NCBI GenBank assembly: GCA_036514715.1 | Contig: DATBWR010000004.1 | Coordinates: 9,147-73,146, forward strand | Reading direction: 5' to 3' | Origin: Candidatus Nanoarchaeia archaeon | GTDB taxonomy: Bacteria > Patescibacteriota > Microgenomatia > Woykebacterales > RBG-16-39-9b | DNA: 64,000 bases | Part shown: positions 25,763 through 34,441 of the stretch, piece after piece | How the letters are laid out: every line of letters starts with the position of its first letter | How positions within the stretch are numbered: the first letter of the stretch is position 1 | The notes under the pieces: generated by a model | Seen by the model: the letters and a program-made list of their open reading frames with translations, nothing else | What the model was told of the DNA's origin: nothing | Database searches by the model: none | Translations under genes and position numbers: made by a program

Positions 25763-28387
25763 ATGTCGACTAAAGCCAAACCTAAATCCCACGGAAAGGA
25801 GTTTTCTTCCGTAAGGAAGCAGTCCCCGCAGGGGTTTAAGTTTTCGGAAAAGCTGCAGAAAAAGTTGGAAAGCGTAATTGCCGACGAGGCTAAAACTCAG
25901 CTAGATGGGATCAGGCAAAAAGTTTTTATGGACCGCTACTCCTTAAAAGATGGCGAAGGTAAAGCGGTGGAAGAACATCCCGAACAAATGTGGCGTCGGG
26001 TGGCAGCCGGTTTAGCGCAGGTTGAAAAAACTGCCCAAGATCAAAAGGACTGGACCCAAAAATTTTATTCAGCTCTCAAAGATTTTAAATATGTACCCGG
26101 CGGTCGGGTCCTTTCCGGGGCCGGTACTCCCTATGAGGTAACTTTTTACAATTGTTTTGTTATTCCCTCACCCCACGATTCCCGCAACGGCATTGTTGAT
26201 AACTTGAAATTAATGATCGATATTATGAGCCGCTCCGGTGGAGTTGGCATCAACCTTTCTTCTCTTCGTCCACGAGGAGCTCGGGTCAAGAAAGTTAACG
26301 GCACTTCCTCCGGGCCGGTCAATTGGGCAGAGCTTTATTCAACCGCTACGACTGATGTTATTCAACAAGGTGGATCTCGACGTGGTGCCTTGATGCTGAT
26401 GATTGATGACTGGCACCCGGATATTGAAGAGTTTATCGAAGTTAAAAAAGACCTTTCCCGAATTAATGGAGCTAACCTTTCAGTTTGCGCTTCGGATGAG
26501 TTTATGGAAGCAGTGAAAAAGAACGCCGATTGGGACCTTTACTTCCCTGATCTCACCGATCCGGATTACGACCGGGTTTGGGACGGCGATATTGAAAAAT
26601 GGAAAGCTCTAGGCAAAAAAGTCGTTCTCTACAAAACTGTTAAAGCAGCCGAAGTTTGGGAAAAGATTTGTCAGGCGGCTTGGGCTTCGGCCGAACCGGG
26701 TTTGCACTTTATTGGTCGGAGTAACTCTCGTAGCAACACTTGGTATTTTGAAAAACTCATTGCCACTAACCCCTGCGGCGAACAGCCTCTTGGGGCTTGG
26801 GCGGTATGTAATTTAGGGGCGATGAATTTGTCAGCTTTCGTTAACGAAAACAGCGAGTTTGACTACCAGGATTTGGAAGACAAGGTGCGGATTGCTATCC
26901 GGATGATGGACAATGTTATTGATGCAACCGGTTACTACTTCCCGGAAAATAAGGCTCAACAGATGGGCATCCGACGCACTGGTTTAGGAACCATGGGTTT
27001 GGGCGATGCTTTAATTAAAATGAAGTTGCGTTACGGTGCAGATGAGGCTCAAGGCGTAATTGAAAAAATCTACAAGACCATTCGTGATGCTGCCTACAGT
27101 GAAAGCGCTGCCCTTTCAGTTGAAAAAGGATCTTTCCCCAATTACAAAAAAGCAAAATACTTACAAGGTTGGTTCATCAAAAAACTTCCTAAAGAAATTC
27201 GTGATCTGATCGCCAAAAACGGCATCCGCAACGCAGTTCTTCTTACCCAAGCTCCCACCGGAACCACCAGTTTACTTTCCGGTGTCTCTAGCGGCATTGA
27301 GCCGGTTTATGATTTTGCCATGGTACGTCGGGATCGCACTGGTGAACACGTTCTTTATCACCCCCTTTATGAAGCTTGGAAAAAAGCCAATCCAGAGGTA
27401 GAGGTTGCTCCGGACTATTTTGTTAGTGCTAACGATTTGACTCCTGAAGATCATGTAAAAGTACAGGCCCTGGTACAGGATTACACTGATTCTTCTATTT
27501 CTAAGACTGTTAACGCACCCAATGCCCACACGGTTGAGGAAGTTCGACAGCTTTACATGCAGGCTTATGAACTGGGGTGCAAGGGCGTTACCTACATGAG
27601 GGACGGTTCCCGCGAAGGAGTGCTTTCTCACGAAGCCGGAGAGAAAACTAGTAGTGAGCACTCTGCAGCGGCTACCCTCCAACCGGTCTACTTGCGAAAG
27701 AGACCCGATTATCTTCACGGAGTGACGCGGAGGATTGCAACTCCAGTGGGACACGCCTTTGTGACTATTAATGAAGATGAGGCTGGTAATCCTTTTGAAG
27801 TTTTCATCAACGTTGGCAAGGCCGGCAGCGATATCACTGCGGATGCGGAAGCAATCGGTCGGTTAATTTCTTTGGCGCTACGTATCCCTTCGAATTACTC
27901 GCCCGCCGAAGTAGTGCAACAAGTGGTTAACCAACTCTCCGGAATTGGTGGCAGCAGTTCCCGTGGTTTTGGTATTGACCGCATCCACTCACTAGCCGAT
28001 GCCCTTTCCAAGGTCTTGGCAGAATATACTGGAAAGGGCAGCACCTACCCCTCTGTCGAAGAAGGAAAGGTAGCAGCTACTAACGGTAACGGTTTGCCTG
28101 CAACTAACGGGCATACTAATGGCAACACCAACGGTCAAAATAACGGGCACACAAGGGACGGTCAGGCAATTGTTCAAGCTAAAGAGTCGGTCGAAGTAGG
28201 TGAAGCCCCTGCCCTGATAAGCGAGCTTTCAGGAGGGCAAATTTTGCAGGCTTCAGGTGTTGAAAGTGAAAAGCCAATGGGCTTGCAGCCCAAGCGCTTT
28301 GACCTTTGCCCCAAATGTGGAGTGGCTTCCTTTGTTCACGAAGAAGGTTGCAGTAAGTGCATGAACTGCGGCCACTCCGAGTGCTAG
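25763..28387 (+). CDS. nrdJ: adenosylcobalamin-dependent (class II) ribonucleotide reductase
   Basis: NPCGEQPL active-site loop and a C-terminal Cys cluster CPKCG...CSKCMNCGHSEC. Low-complexity insert ATNGNGLPATNGHTNGNTNGQNNGHT. Confidence 0.9.
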   Translation: MSTKAKPKSHGKEFSSVRKQSPQGFKFSEKLQKKLESVIADEAKTQLDGIRQKVFMDRYSLKDGEGKAVEEHPEQMWRRVAAGLAQVEKTAQDQKDWTQKFYSALKDFKYVPGGRVLSGAGTPYEVTFYNCFVIPSPHDSRNGIVDNLKLMIDIMSRSGGVGINLSSLRPRGARVKKVNGTSSGPVNWAELYSTATTDVIQQGGSRRGALMLMIDDWHPDIEEFIEVKKDLSRINGANLSVCASDEFMEAVKKNADWDLYFPDLTDPDYDRVWDGDIEKWKALGKKVVLYKTVKAAEVWEKICQAAWASAEPGLHFIGRSNSRSNTWYFEKLIATNPCGEQPLGAWAVCNLGAMNLSAFVNENSEFDYQDLEDKVRIAIRMMDNVIDATGYYFPENKAQQMGIRRTGLGTMGLGDALIKMKLRYGADEAQGVIEKIYKTIRDAAYSESAALSVEKGSFPNYKKAKYLQGWFIKKLPKEIRDLIAKNGIRNAVLLTQAPTGTTSLLSGVSSGIEPVYDFAMVRRDRTGEHVLYHPLYEAWKKANPEVEVAPDYFVSANDLTPEDHVKVQALVQDYTDSSISKTVNAPNAHTVEEVRQLYMQAYELGCKGVTYMRDGSREGVLSHEAGEKTSSEHSAAATLQPVYLRKRPDYLHGVTRRIATPVGHAFVTINEDEAGNPFEVFINVGKAGSDITADAEAIGRLISLALRIPSNYSPAEVVQQVVNQLSGIGGSSSRGFGIDRIHSLADALSKVLAEYTGKGSTYPSVEEGKVAATNGNGLPATNGHTNGNTNGQNNGHTRDGQAIVQAKESVEVGEAPALISELSGGQILQASGVESEKPMGLQPKRFDLCPKCGVASFVHEEGCSKCMNCGHSEC

Positions 28388-28439
28388 TTGACAAGACTTT
28401 AACAAACCTTTAGAGTGAGTATACTTTAAAAATTTAGAG

Positions 28440-28545
28440 CAAAGGATTAATTGGTGAAAGGCCGTGGAATTCGGCCGGACTGCCGGTACTGTTATACCCA
28501 GAACCCAACCTTTGTGTTCCTTCGAGCAAGGGAGGTGTTGATGAG
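28440..28545 (+). ncRNA. structured leader, possible cobalamin-riboswitch-like element (low confidence)
   Basis: GGTGAAAGG, hairpin GGCCG-UGGAAUU-CGGCC (cf. the GUGAAAAUC loop of B12 elements), and GCCGGUACUGU (cf. GCCACUGU). It lies immediately upstream of the terminator at 28554-28590. Confidence 0.3.
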
Positions 28546-28553
28546 TGTTTCTT

Positions 28554-28590
28554 AACCAACCAACTTTGCGGGTTGGTTTTTATTTTCTGC
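28554..28590 (+). terminator. rho-independent terminator (AACCAACC...GGTTGGTT, then TTTTATTTT)
   Basis: 8-bp stem 28554-28561 / 28571-28578, followed by a T-run. Confidence 0.7.
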
Positions 28591-28618
28591 CAATTATTAA
28601 TTAATCTTAAGGAAAAAT

Positions 28619-29041
28619 ATGATGGATTTTGTTAGAAAGAATTTACTGTTGGTTGTTGCGGCTCTTGTTATCTTGGTTGGTGGAGGTTGGTATGTTGTCG
28701 ACCAGAACAAAAACACTCCAGAGCAAAATACCCAGACCTCTCAAGAAAAGAAAACTCAAGCCACAATTACTGTTGACGACGGTACTGGTGCTAAAACTTA
28801 CACAGTTGAGAACGTTGAAGGTAAAACTGCTCTGGAAGTTACTCAGATGGCTACCAGTGAGGTTGAAATGACTGGTGAGGGCACTAATGCCTACATCACC
28901 GCCATCAACGGTCGCGAAGCTTCAAACGACAAGAAAGAGTATTGGAAGTTGGTAATCAACGGCAGCGATGCTCAGGTCGGTGCTGGTAGTTACGTTGTAC
29001 AAGACGGTGATACTATCGCTTGGGAAATTGCGACGTATTAA
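28619..29041 (+). CDS. DUF4430-like protein (transcobalamin beta-domain-like; putative B12-binding), N-terminal TM/signal anchor
   Basis: C-terminus EYWKLVINGSDAQVGAGSYVVQDGDTIAWEI matches the W.y.vNG...y.l.dGD.I.W motif. Confidence 0.55.
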   Translation: MMDFVRKNLLLVVAALVILVGGGWYVVDQNKNTPEQNTQTSQEKKTQATITVDDGTGAKTYTVENVEGKTALEVTQMATSEVEMTGEGTNAYITAINGREASNDKKEYWKLVINGSDAQVGAGSYVVQDGDTIAWEIATY

Positions 29042-29104
29042 GCTAAAATGTATAATTAGTTAGTTTTGAAACTAATCCTGCCCTAATTATACTTAAAACA
29101 ACTT

Positions 29105-29638
29105 ATGCAAAAGATTTTGGAAAAACTCTCTAATCCACTAATTTTTGTTCTGATCGCAGCGACTTTGCGGGTAGTACCACACGCGCCGAACTTTGCACCG
29201 ATTGGTGCCATGGCTTTGTTTGGTGGAGCCTACCTTGGTCGAAAGTGGGCAATTGCCTTGCCACTTGTGGCGATGTTTCTCTCCGACCTTTTCATCGGAT
29301 TTGACAGCTTAACTTCGAGATTGACTGTTTATGGCAGCTTTGCGCTGATTGGGTTAATTGGAATGTGGCTGAAAAACCACCGTTCATTCCAAAACGTAGT
29401 TTTGGCAGCGCTGGGATCGTCCGTCTTGTTCTTTGTCACCACTAATTTCGGTGTTTGGGCGTTTGGAACTCTTTACCCAAAAACTGCCGAGGGTTTGGTA
29501 GCCTGTTTTGTTGCTGCCATCCCTTTCTTTAGAAACACTCTGATGGGCGATCTATTCTACACCACAGTTTTCTTTGGTGGTTATGAGTTGGTTAAGGCTT
29601 TGGTGAAAAGTAGAAAATTGGCAGTTTTGAAGGGATAA
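29105..29638 (+). CDS. small integral membrane protein (ECF S-component-like; candidate vitamin transporter)
   Basis: 177 aa, about 5 TM helices; PNFAPIGAMALFGG. Confidence 0.4.
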   Translation: MQKILEKLSNPLIFVLIAATLRVVPHAPNFAPIGAMALFGGAYLGRKWAIALPLVAMFLSDLFIGFDSLTSRLTVYGSFALIGLIGMWLKNHRSFQNVVLAALGSSVLFFVTTNFGVWAFGTLYPKTAEGLVACFVAAIPFFRNTLMGDLFYTTVFFGGYELVKALVKSRKLAVLKG

Positions 29639-29713
29639 AAATAACGATCAATAAGTTGTTTCTGAGAAACTAAGCATTAATATTACGATCGATATTTTCT
29701 CGAGGACTCAAAA

Positions 29714-29953
29714 ATGGCTAAAAAAGAAGAAAAATTTGAAGTTCGCGGTGAAGACGTGGTCAAAAAAGTAAAAGAATTGATCAAAGAAGGCAACATTCGT
29801 TCGATAACTATCTCCGATAAACAAGGTAAAGTAATTGCCTCCTTTCCTCTGACGGTGGGTGTTGTCGGTGCTCTTCTTGCCCCGCCCTTGGCCGCAATTG
29901 GTGCGATCGCCGCACTGGTTACCGATTGCACGATCTCCGTTGAACGCCGCTAA
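29714..29953 (+). CDS. DUF4342-like small protein
   Basis: FEVRGEDVVKKVKELIKEGNIRSITISDKQGKVIASFPLTVGVVGALLAPPLAAIGAIAAL. The overlapping minus-strand ORFs look spurious. Confidence 0.5.
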   Translation: MAKKEEKFEVRGEDVVKKVKELIKEGNIRSITISDKQGKVIASFPLTVGVVGALLAPPLAAIGAIAALVTDCTISVERR

Positions 29954-29973
29954 ATTGGTATTTTGTCCCCAAA

Positions 29974-30029
29974 ATATCGCACGCATATAATAAAACTTAA
30001 GATTTTCAAATCTACCTTTAGTGCGATAT
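29974..30029. promoter_or_regulatory. 9-bp inverted repeat ATATCGCAC / GTGCGATAT flanking a CATATAAT -10 upstream of the IMPase-family gene
   Basis: Arms at 29974-29982 and 30021-30029. Confidence 0.35.
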
Positions 30030-30039
30030 AATTTTCCCA

Positions 30040-30807
30040 ATGGACGAATTCAAAAAAGTAGCCCTGGAAGCTGTCAAAGCTGCTGAGGAGCGAATTCTTT
30101 TTCATTTCAACCAAGAACTTGTCGCTGAGCAAAAAGCGGACTTTTCACCAGTGACCAAGGCTGATAAAGAGGCCGAAGAAATAATTGTTTCTACAATTAA
30201 AAAAAGATTTCCCAACCACGGTTTTAGCGGCGAGGAATTTGGCACTGATAATCCAAATGCTGAATTTGTTTGGTACATAGACCCGATTGACGGAACCAAA
30301 GAGTTTATCCACGGTATTGAAACTTTTGGTACAATCTTGGGTTTAAAACACGGTGATCAAATAATTTTGGGTGTAGTAAACTTACCGGCTTTAAAAGAGC
30401 TAATTTTTGCTTCCACTCAAGAGCAAACAACTATAAATGCCGCGAGGGTTGGCGTGTCCAAAACTGACGATTTAAGTAAGGCTTACATCAATTTTGGTGG
30501 ATATCGGGTCTTAGAAAACCAGGGTTATATGCAAGCCCTTATCAACCTAAAAAACCGAGCTCAAAGCGTTAAAGGTTTCCCCTACGCTTACAGTTTTAGT
30601 CTATTGGTAAAAGGCAAAATCGACGGAATGATTGACCCGGCTGCTTTACCTCACGATGTTTCCGCTTGGACAATAATTGTTAAACAAGCAGGAGGAAAAT
30701 ACTCTGATTTTTACGGTAATGAAGACACGCTTGGGCCAACCTCACTGGCTACTAACGGAAAGATCCACAGCCAGCTAATGGAAATATTGAAAGAGGTTAA
30801 AGTTTAA
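30040..30807 (+). CDS. inositol monophosphatase / FBPase-family phosphatase
   Basis: WYIDPIDGTKEFIHG metal-binding motif. Confidence 0.85.
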   Translation: MDEFKKVALEAVKAAEERILFHFNQELVAEQKADFSPVTKADKEAEEIIVSTIKKRFPNHGFSGEEFGTDNPNAEFVWYIDPIDGTKEFIHGIETFGTILGLKHGDQIILGVVNLPALKELIFASTQEQTTINAARVGVSKTDDLSKAYINFGGYRVLENQGYMQALINLKNRAQSVKGFPYAYSFSLLVKGKIDGMIDPAALPHDVSAWTIIVKQAGGKYSDFYGNEDTLGPTSLATNGKIHSQLMEILKEVKV

Positions 30808-30888
30808 TGGCAAAGTTAAACCAATACATGTTCGTATTCTTCTTTCTGGGTTTTAAATAGGTTTTTAACTGCCAATTTTAAGAATTGT

Positions 30889-31689
30889 ATGCAAATTACA
30901 GATTTCTCACAAGTAAGAAATAAGCGACTAATCGTCTTTGACCTCGACGGTACACTTGCTCCGACCAAGTCAACTATAGACCAAGAAATGTCAAGTCTTC
31001 TTGTAGATCTTTTAAAAGTTAAAAAAGTAGCAGTTATTGGCGGCGGCAAACTGGAACTTTTCCAAGAACAATTATTAGATAATTTAAGAGTATCAAATGA
31101 ACTTTTAAAAAATCTCTTCTTATTCCCCACCACAGCCACCACTTTTTACAAACACGAAAATGGCGAATGGGAACAAATTTACGCCCACAATCTTTCCAAA
31201 GAAGAAGTCGACAAAATTATGGCTGCTTTCGACAAAGTATTAAAAGAAGTCGATTACAAGCCGGAAAAAACTTACGGTGAAATTATAGAAAATCGTGGTA
31301 GCCAAATTACCTGGTCGGCACTAGGTCAGGACGTTGTCAAAATTTTAGGTGACAAAGGCGTCGAACTTAAAAATAAATGGAGGGAAGAAAACACTCCACT
31401 CAAGCTTAAAATTGCCAAAATGCTCCAGGAAGAATTGTCCAATCTAGAAATCCACGCAGCTGGTTACACGTCAATCGACATCACCAAACCCGGTATCGAC
31501 AAAGCCTACGGACTTCACCAAATCGAGGAACATCTAGGTATAAAAATAGAAAACATGCTTTTTGTTGGTGATGCCATTTTCGAAGGTGGGAACGATTATG
31601 CCATCACCAAAACTCCAGTGAATTACGTTCAAGTAAAAGATCCCCAAGAGACTAAAGCTGTAATAAAAGCGGTTCTGCACTCCTCTTAA
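30889..31689 (+). CDS. eukaryotic-type phosphomannomutase (HAD-IIB, PMM family)
   Basis: VFDLDGTLAPTKSTIDQEMSSLLVDLLKVKKVAVIGGGKLELFQEQLL parallels the eukaryotic PMM N-terminus. Confidence 0.75.
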   Translation: MQITDFSQVRNKRLIVFDLDGTLAPTKSTIDQEMSSLLVDLLKVKKVAVIGGGKLELFQEQLLDNLRVSNELLKNLFLFPTTATTFYKHENGEWEQIYAHNLSKEEVDKIMAAFDKVLKEVDYKPEKTYGEIIENRGSQITWSALGQDVVKILGDKGVELKNKWREENTPLKLKIAKMLQEELSNLEIHAAGYTSIDITKPGIDKAYGLHQIEEHLGIKIENMLFVGDAIFEGGNDYAITKTPVNYVQVKDPQETKAVIKAVLHSS

Positions 31690-31750
31690 ATTTTCGAAGA
31701 AAAACTTTTTCGCCTTCCTTTTGTTGGCCGAGATTGGAAGACAGTTTAAT

Positions 31751-32839
31751 TTACCATTGGGGAAGGAAGTCGCGGTAGTTTTCGGGAGTAATTTCCACAA
31801 GTTGGGCGTTTTCCTCGACAATTTTGCGGGCGACTTTCCTTAGCACCCCATTAATCGTTCGTTGAATGTTGCGGATATCAATTTCGTAACCAAAAGGCTT
31901 AATCATTAAGGGCCAAACCTCTTCACTAAATTTAACCTTGGCGCTATCAACGCCAGTAGCTACCAACTCTCGAGGGTAAAGATAATCGCGGGCAATTTTC
32001 ATTTTATCTTCGTCAGTGTAGCGGGGCATAATAATAATTTCGAGACGGTCCATTACTGCTGAGGTAATATTGCCCATGCGGTTAGCTGAGGCAATAAAAA
32101 GCACTTCGGATAAATCAACTGGATAGTTAATGTAGTAGTCAGTGAAGGCAAAATTTTGTTCCGGGTCAAGTAACTCAAGCAGCACTCCCATAATGTCGCT
32201 TTCAGCACCCTCTGCAATTGAATCAATTTCATCAAGCAGAATTACCGGATTTTTGGTGCCAGCACGAACCAAGGAACGTACAACGGTGCCTGGTTCAGCC
32301 TGCGGTAGAGTGCGGGGCTGGCCGCGCAGTAACATGGGGTTACTCATACCACCCATGGCAATTCGGCCAAACTTCCTGCCCAAAGACTCCGCAATTGAAG
32401 CGGCAAACGAAGTTTTGCCGCTGCCGGGTAAGCCCACAAAACAGAGGATGCTAGCCCGGGTAGTTTTGAAAACCTTATCAGAGTCTTTTTCCTGGTGGAG
32501 TTTAAGAACCGATAAATATTCCAAAATTCGGTTTTTTACTGACTCTAAGCCCCAATGGCTCTTATCAAGAATTGTTTTGGCAGCTTTTAAGTCAAGATTA
32601 TCGGTCGAACGGGCAGCCCAGGGTATTTTTAGGATCCAATCAATATATTTGGCAGCTTGCTCGTAATCTTGCTGATACACGCCATGGGTCATGGCGCGAT
32701 TGAGCCGCACCAAAGTTTCTTTAGCAGTTTCTTTGAGATCGTCTGGTAAGTGCGCTTTCTCAAGTTTTTCAGAAAGTGCGGAAATTTCGAGTAGTGTAGA
32801 TTCTTGAGGTTCTTGGTCTTTTTCTTTGGCAGTGGGCAT
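31751..32839 (-). CDS. Lon-like AAA+ ATPase module lacking the N-terminal substrate domain and the protease domain
   Basis: ILCFVGLPGSGKTSFAASIAESLGRKFGRIAMGG, NPVILLDEIDSIA, LLELLDPEQN, ANRMGNITSAVMDRLEIII. The ORF is bounded by neighbouring genes, so there is no room for a protease domain. Confidence 0.75.
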   Translation of the reverse strand: MPTAKEKDQEPQESTLLEISALSEKLEKAHLPDDLKETAKETLVRLNRAMTHGVYQQDYEQAAKYIDWILKIPWAARSTDNLDLKAAKTILDKSHWGLESVKNRILEYLSVLKLHQEKDSDKVFKTTRASILCFVGLPGSGKTSFAASIAESLGRKFGRIAMGGMSNPMLLRGQPRTLPQAEPGTVVRSLVRAGTKNPVILLDEIDSIAEGAESDIMGVLLELLDPEQNFAFTDYYINYPVDLSEVLFIASANRMGNITSAVMDRLEIIIMPRYTDEDKMKIARDYLYPRELVATGVDSAKVKFSEEVWPLMIKPFGYEIDIRNIQRTINGVLRKVARKIVEENAQLVEITPENYRDFLPQW

Positions 32840-32955
32840 TGTTCTAAACTATTCTAGGGATAAGGAAGAATTTAGTCAACCGTTTAAAAGAAGGAGCTAC
32901 AAAATTGTCAGGAAAGTTTGGTTGTACGTTGACTAAGTAGTTATAATAACTTATT

Positions 32956-33171
32956 ATGAAAACAACCTATATGGCTAAAGTAAAGTCCCTCCCCAAAAAA
33001 GATTTAGTACCAGGAAGCAAAATCCCCATTACCTACCTACTAGACTATGTAAAAGAGGGTTATTCTGTTACCGATTTTGTCTCTGCCTACCCTTGGGTAA
33101 AAAGAAGTGATGTTGAAAAAGCTCTTGAAGAGATAAAAAAGCGAGATTTCACTTCGCAATATGCCGTCTAG
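32956..33171 (+). CDS. DUF433-family antitoxin-like protein
   Basis: 71 aa; ITYLLDYVKEGYSVTDFVSAYPWVKRSDVEKALEE. Overlaps the downstream gene by 11 nt. Confidence 0.6.
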   Translation: MKTTYMAKVKSLPKKDLVPGSKIPITYLLDYVKEGYSVTDFVSAYPWVKRSDVEKALEEIKKRDFTSQYAV

Positions 33172-33565
33172 ACAGGCAAAGCTTCAATTCTACGCTGACG
33201 AGTGTTTCCCAATCACATCAGTAACTTTTTTGAAATCACTAGGATATTCCGTAATTCACGCTTACGATATTAAATTTGTTAGAAAATCGGATCCAAAGCA
33301 CTTACTAAAAAGTAAGGAGCTAAATAGAGTCCTCTTAACTACTGACCGAGATTTTCTTTACTACAGCGAAGCTAATTTGGCCAACCATCCAGGCGTAATA
33401 GTTATTTCTTCTGGATCAGTAACTGCTCCCAAAGTTAACACTGTATGTAGCAAGTTATTCCAAAAGTTAAGTAGTGATTTAGTAAAAAGTTCGTTAGTAC
33501 GCTCTTCGAGCGAGAAGATGGTTAAGTTTAAAGATGGGGAGAAAGTTTTAGAGAGAAAATTGTAA
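33161..33565 (+). CDS. DUF5615 / Mut7-C PIN-like ribonuclease toxin candidate
   Basis: FYADECFPITSVTFLKSLGYSVIHAYDIKFVRKSDPKHLLKSKELNRVLLTTDRDF. Confidence 0.6.
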   Translation: MPSRQAKLQFYADECFPITSVTFLKSLGYSVIHAYDIKFVRKSDPKHLLKSKELNRVLLTTDRDFLYYSEANLANHPGVIVISSGSVTAPKVNTVCSKLFQKLSSDLVKSSLVRSSSEKMVKFKDGEKVLERKL

Positions 33566-33644
33566 CTAAAGTTATAGGTTGGTTGGAAAAGCTGTCAAGG
33601 AAATTTTACTGTGTCTCCTAAATTTTTTACCGGCCAATTACTGC

Positions 33645-34010
33645 TCATCTTAGTCCAAGCCAAGCTAATAGAACTGTAATTATTACAGTAATAACAATCT
33701 TTTCTAAATTTCTAGTTACCCAGTTAGGGATATGCACTCTAGGGAATTTTATGGTTTTATTAATCTTGGTAGCCCAAGGATATTTTGCCCCGCACTTATG
33801 GCAATGTGACGGAATAGAAGTTGGACCCCCTCCTATTACATTTGGTATCACGTAGTCACCTCTTATAGGCTCGTTGCATTTAGGGCACGTGTGGATGGTT
33901 TTTGCTCCACAATTACCACAAAAATCCTTTCTATGCTGTTGCAATTCATTATAATGGTCTGTAATTTGATGACCATTTAAACAAACTTGCATTACGTCAT
34001 AATATCCCAT
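33645..34010 (-). CDS. zinc-ribbon protein with C-terminal TM anchor (start probably the MGYYDV methionine)
   Basis: CLNGH...FCGNCG...CPKCNEP...HCHKCGAKYPW gives 4 Cys/His pairs, with C-terminal IVITVIITVLLAWLGL. The ORF-track N-terminal extension overlaps the upstream gene by 136 nt. Confidence 0.5.
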   Translation of the reverse strand: MGYYDVMQVCLNGHQITDHYNELQQHRKDFCGNCGAKTIHTCPKCNEPIRGDYVIPNVIGGGPTSIPSHCHKCGAKYPWATKINKTIKFPRVHIPNWVTRNLEKIVITVIITVLLAWLGLR

Positions 34011-34018
34011 GATTTTAA

Positions 34019-34309
34019 TTACCTTTCTCCGCAAGTTGGGTTGTACTGAGTTCTGATCATTAATTCGATCTTTAGACGAGTTTGTTCGTCCGCGATTTGT
34101 AAAATATACAATCCTAAATTTCCGGCTTTGTTTCTTTCCCAACAAGCTTGCCATGGGTGGTTTGGGAACCTATTATTTAAATCATCTGTTTGACCCACGT
34201 CTAACAACTTTGGTTGGTTATCAACAATTACATATACAGCAGATATTTGATTCGTGAAACCTCGGAGTGGATCGAACGGTCCTTCAAAATTGTAACCGGT
34301 AATGTTCAC
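34019..34309 (-). CDS. small GIY-YIG-like nuclease-domain protein (96 aa)
   Basis: SAVYVIVDNQPKLLDVGQTDDLNNRFPNH (GIY...YIG...R...H pattern), then RLKIELMIRTQYNP (conserved Glu/Asn). Confidence 0.5.
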   Translation of the reverse strand: MNITGYNFEGPFDPLRGFTNQISAVYVIVDNQPKLLDVGQTDDLNNRFPNHPWQACWERNKAGNLGLYILQIADEQTRLKIELMIRTQYNPTCGER

Positions 34310-34441
34310 CTAACCTCCTTACACTTGACAATTTCTGTAATTTTTTGGTTAAATTTACAATGAAGGCCAAAACCTTCACAAAAGTGCTGTTTTCCTTTGA
34401 ACGGGGGAGCGGCACTTTTATTGTCTCTAATTATACAGAAG

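Noticed and set aside
28440-28545. Confident cobalamin riboswitch call
   Set aside because: Only partial motif resemblance is visible by eye and the B12 box is unclear, so it is kept as a low-confidence finding rather than a firm annotation.
34019-34154. 136-nt overlap between the GIY-YIG ORF and the zinc-ribbon ORF
   Set aside because: Most likely an ORF-caller start-codon artefact. An internal Met (MGYYDV) gives a clean 8-nt spacing instead of a genuine overlap.
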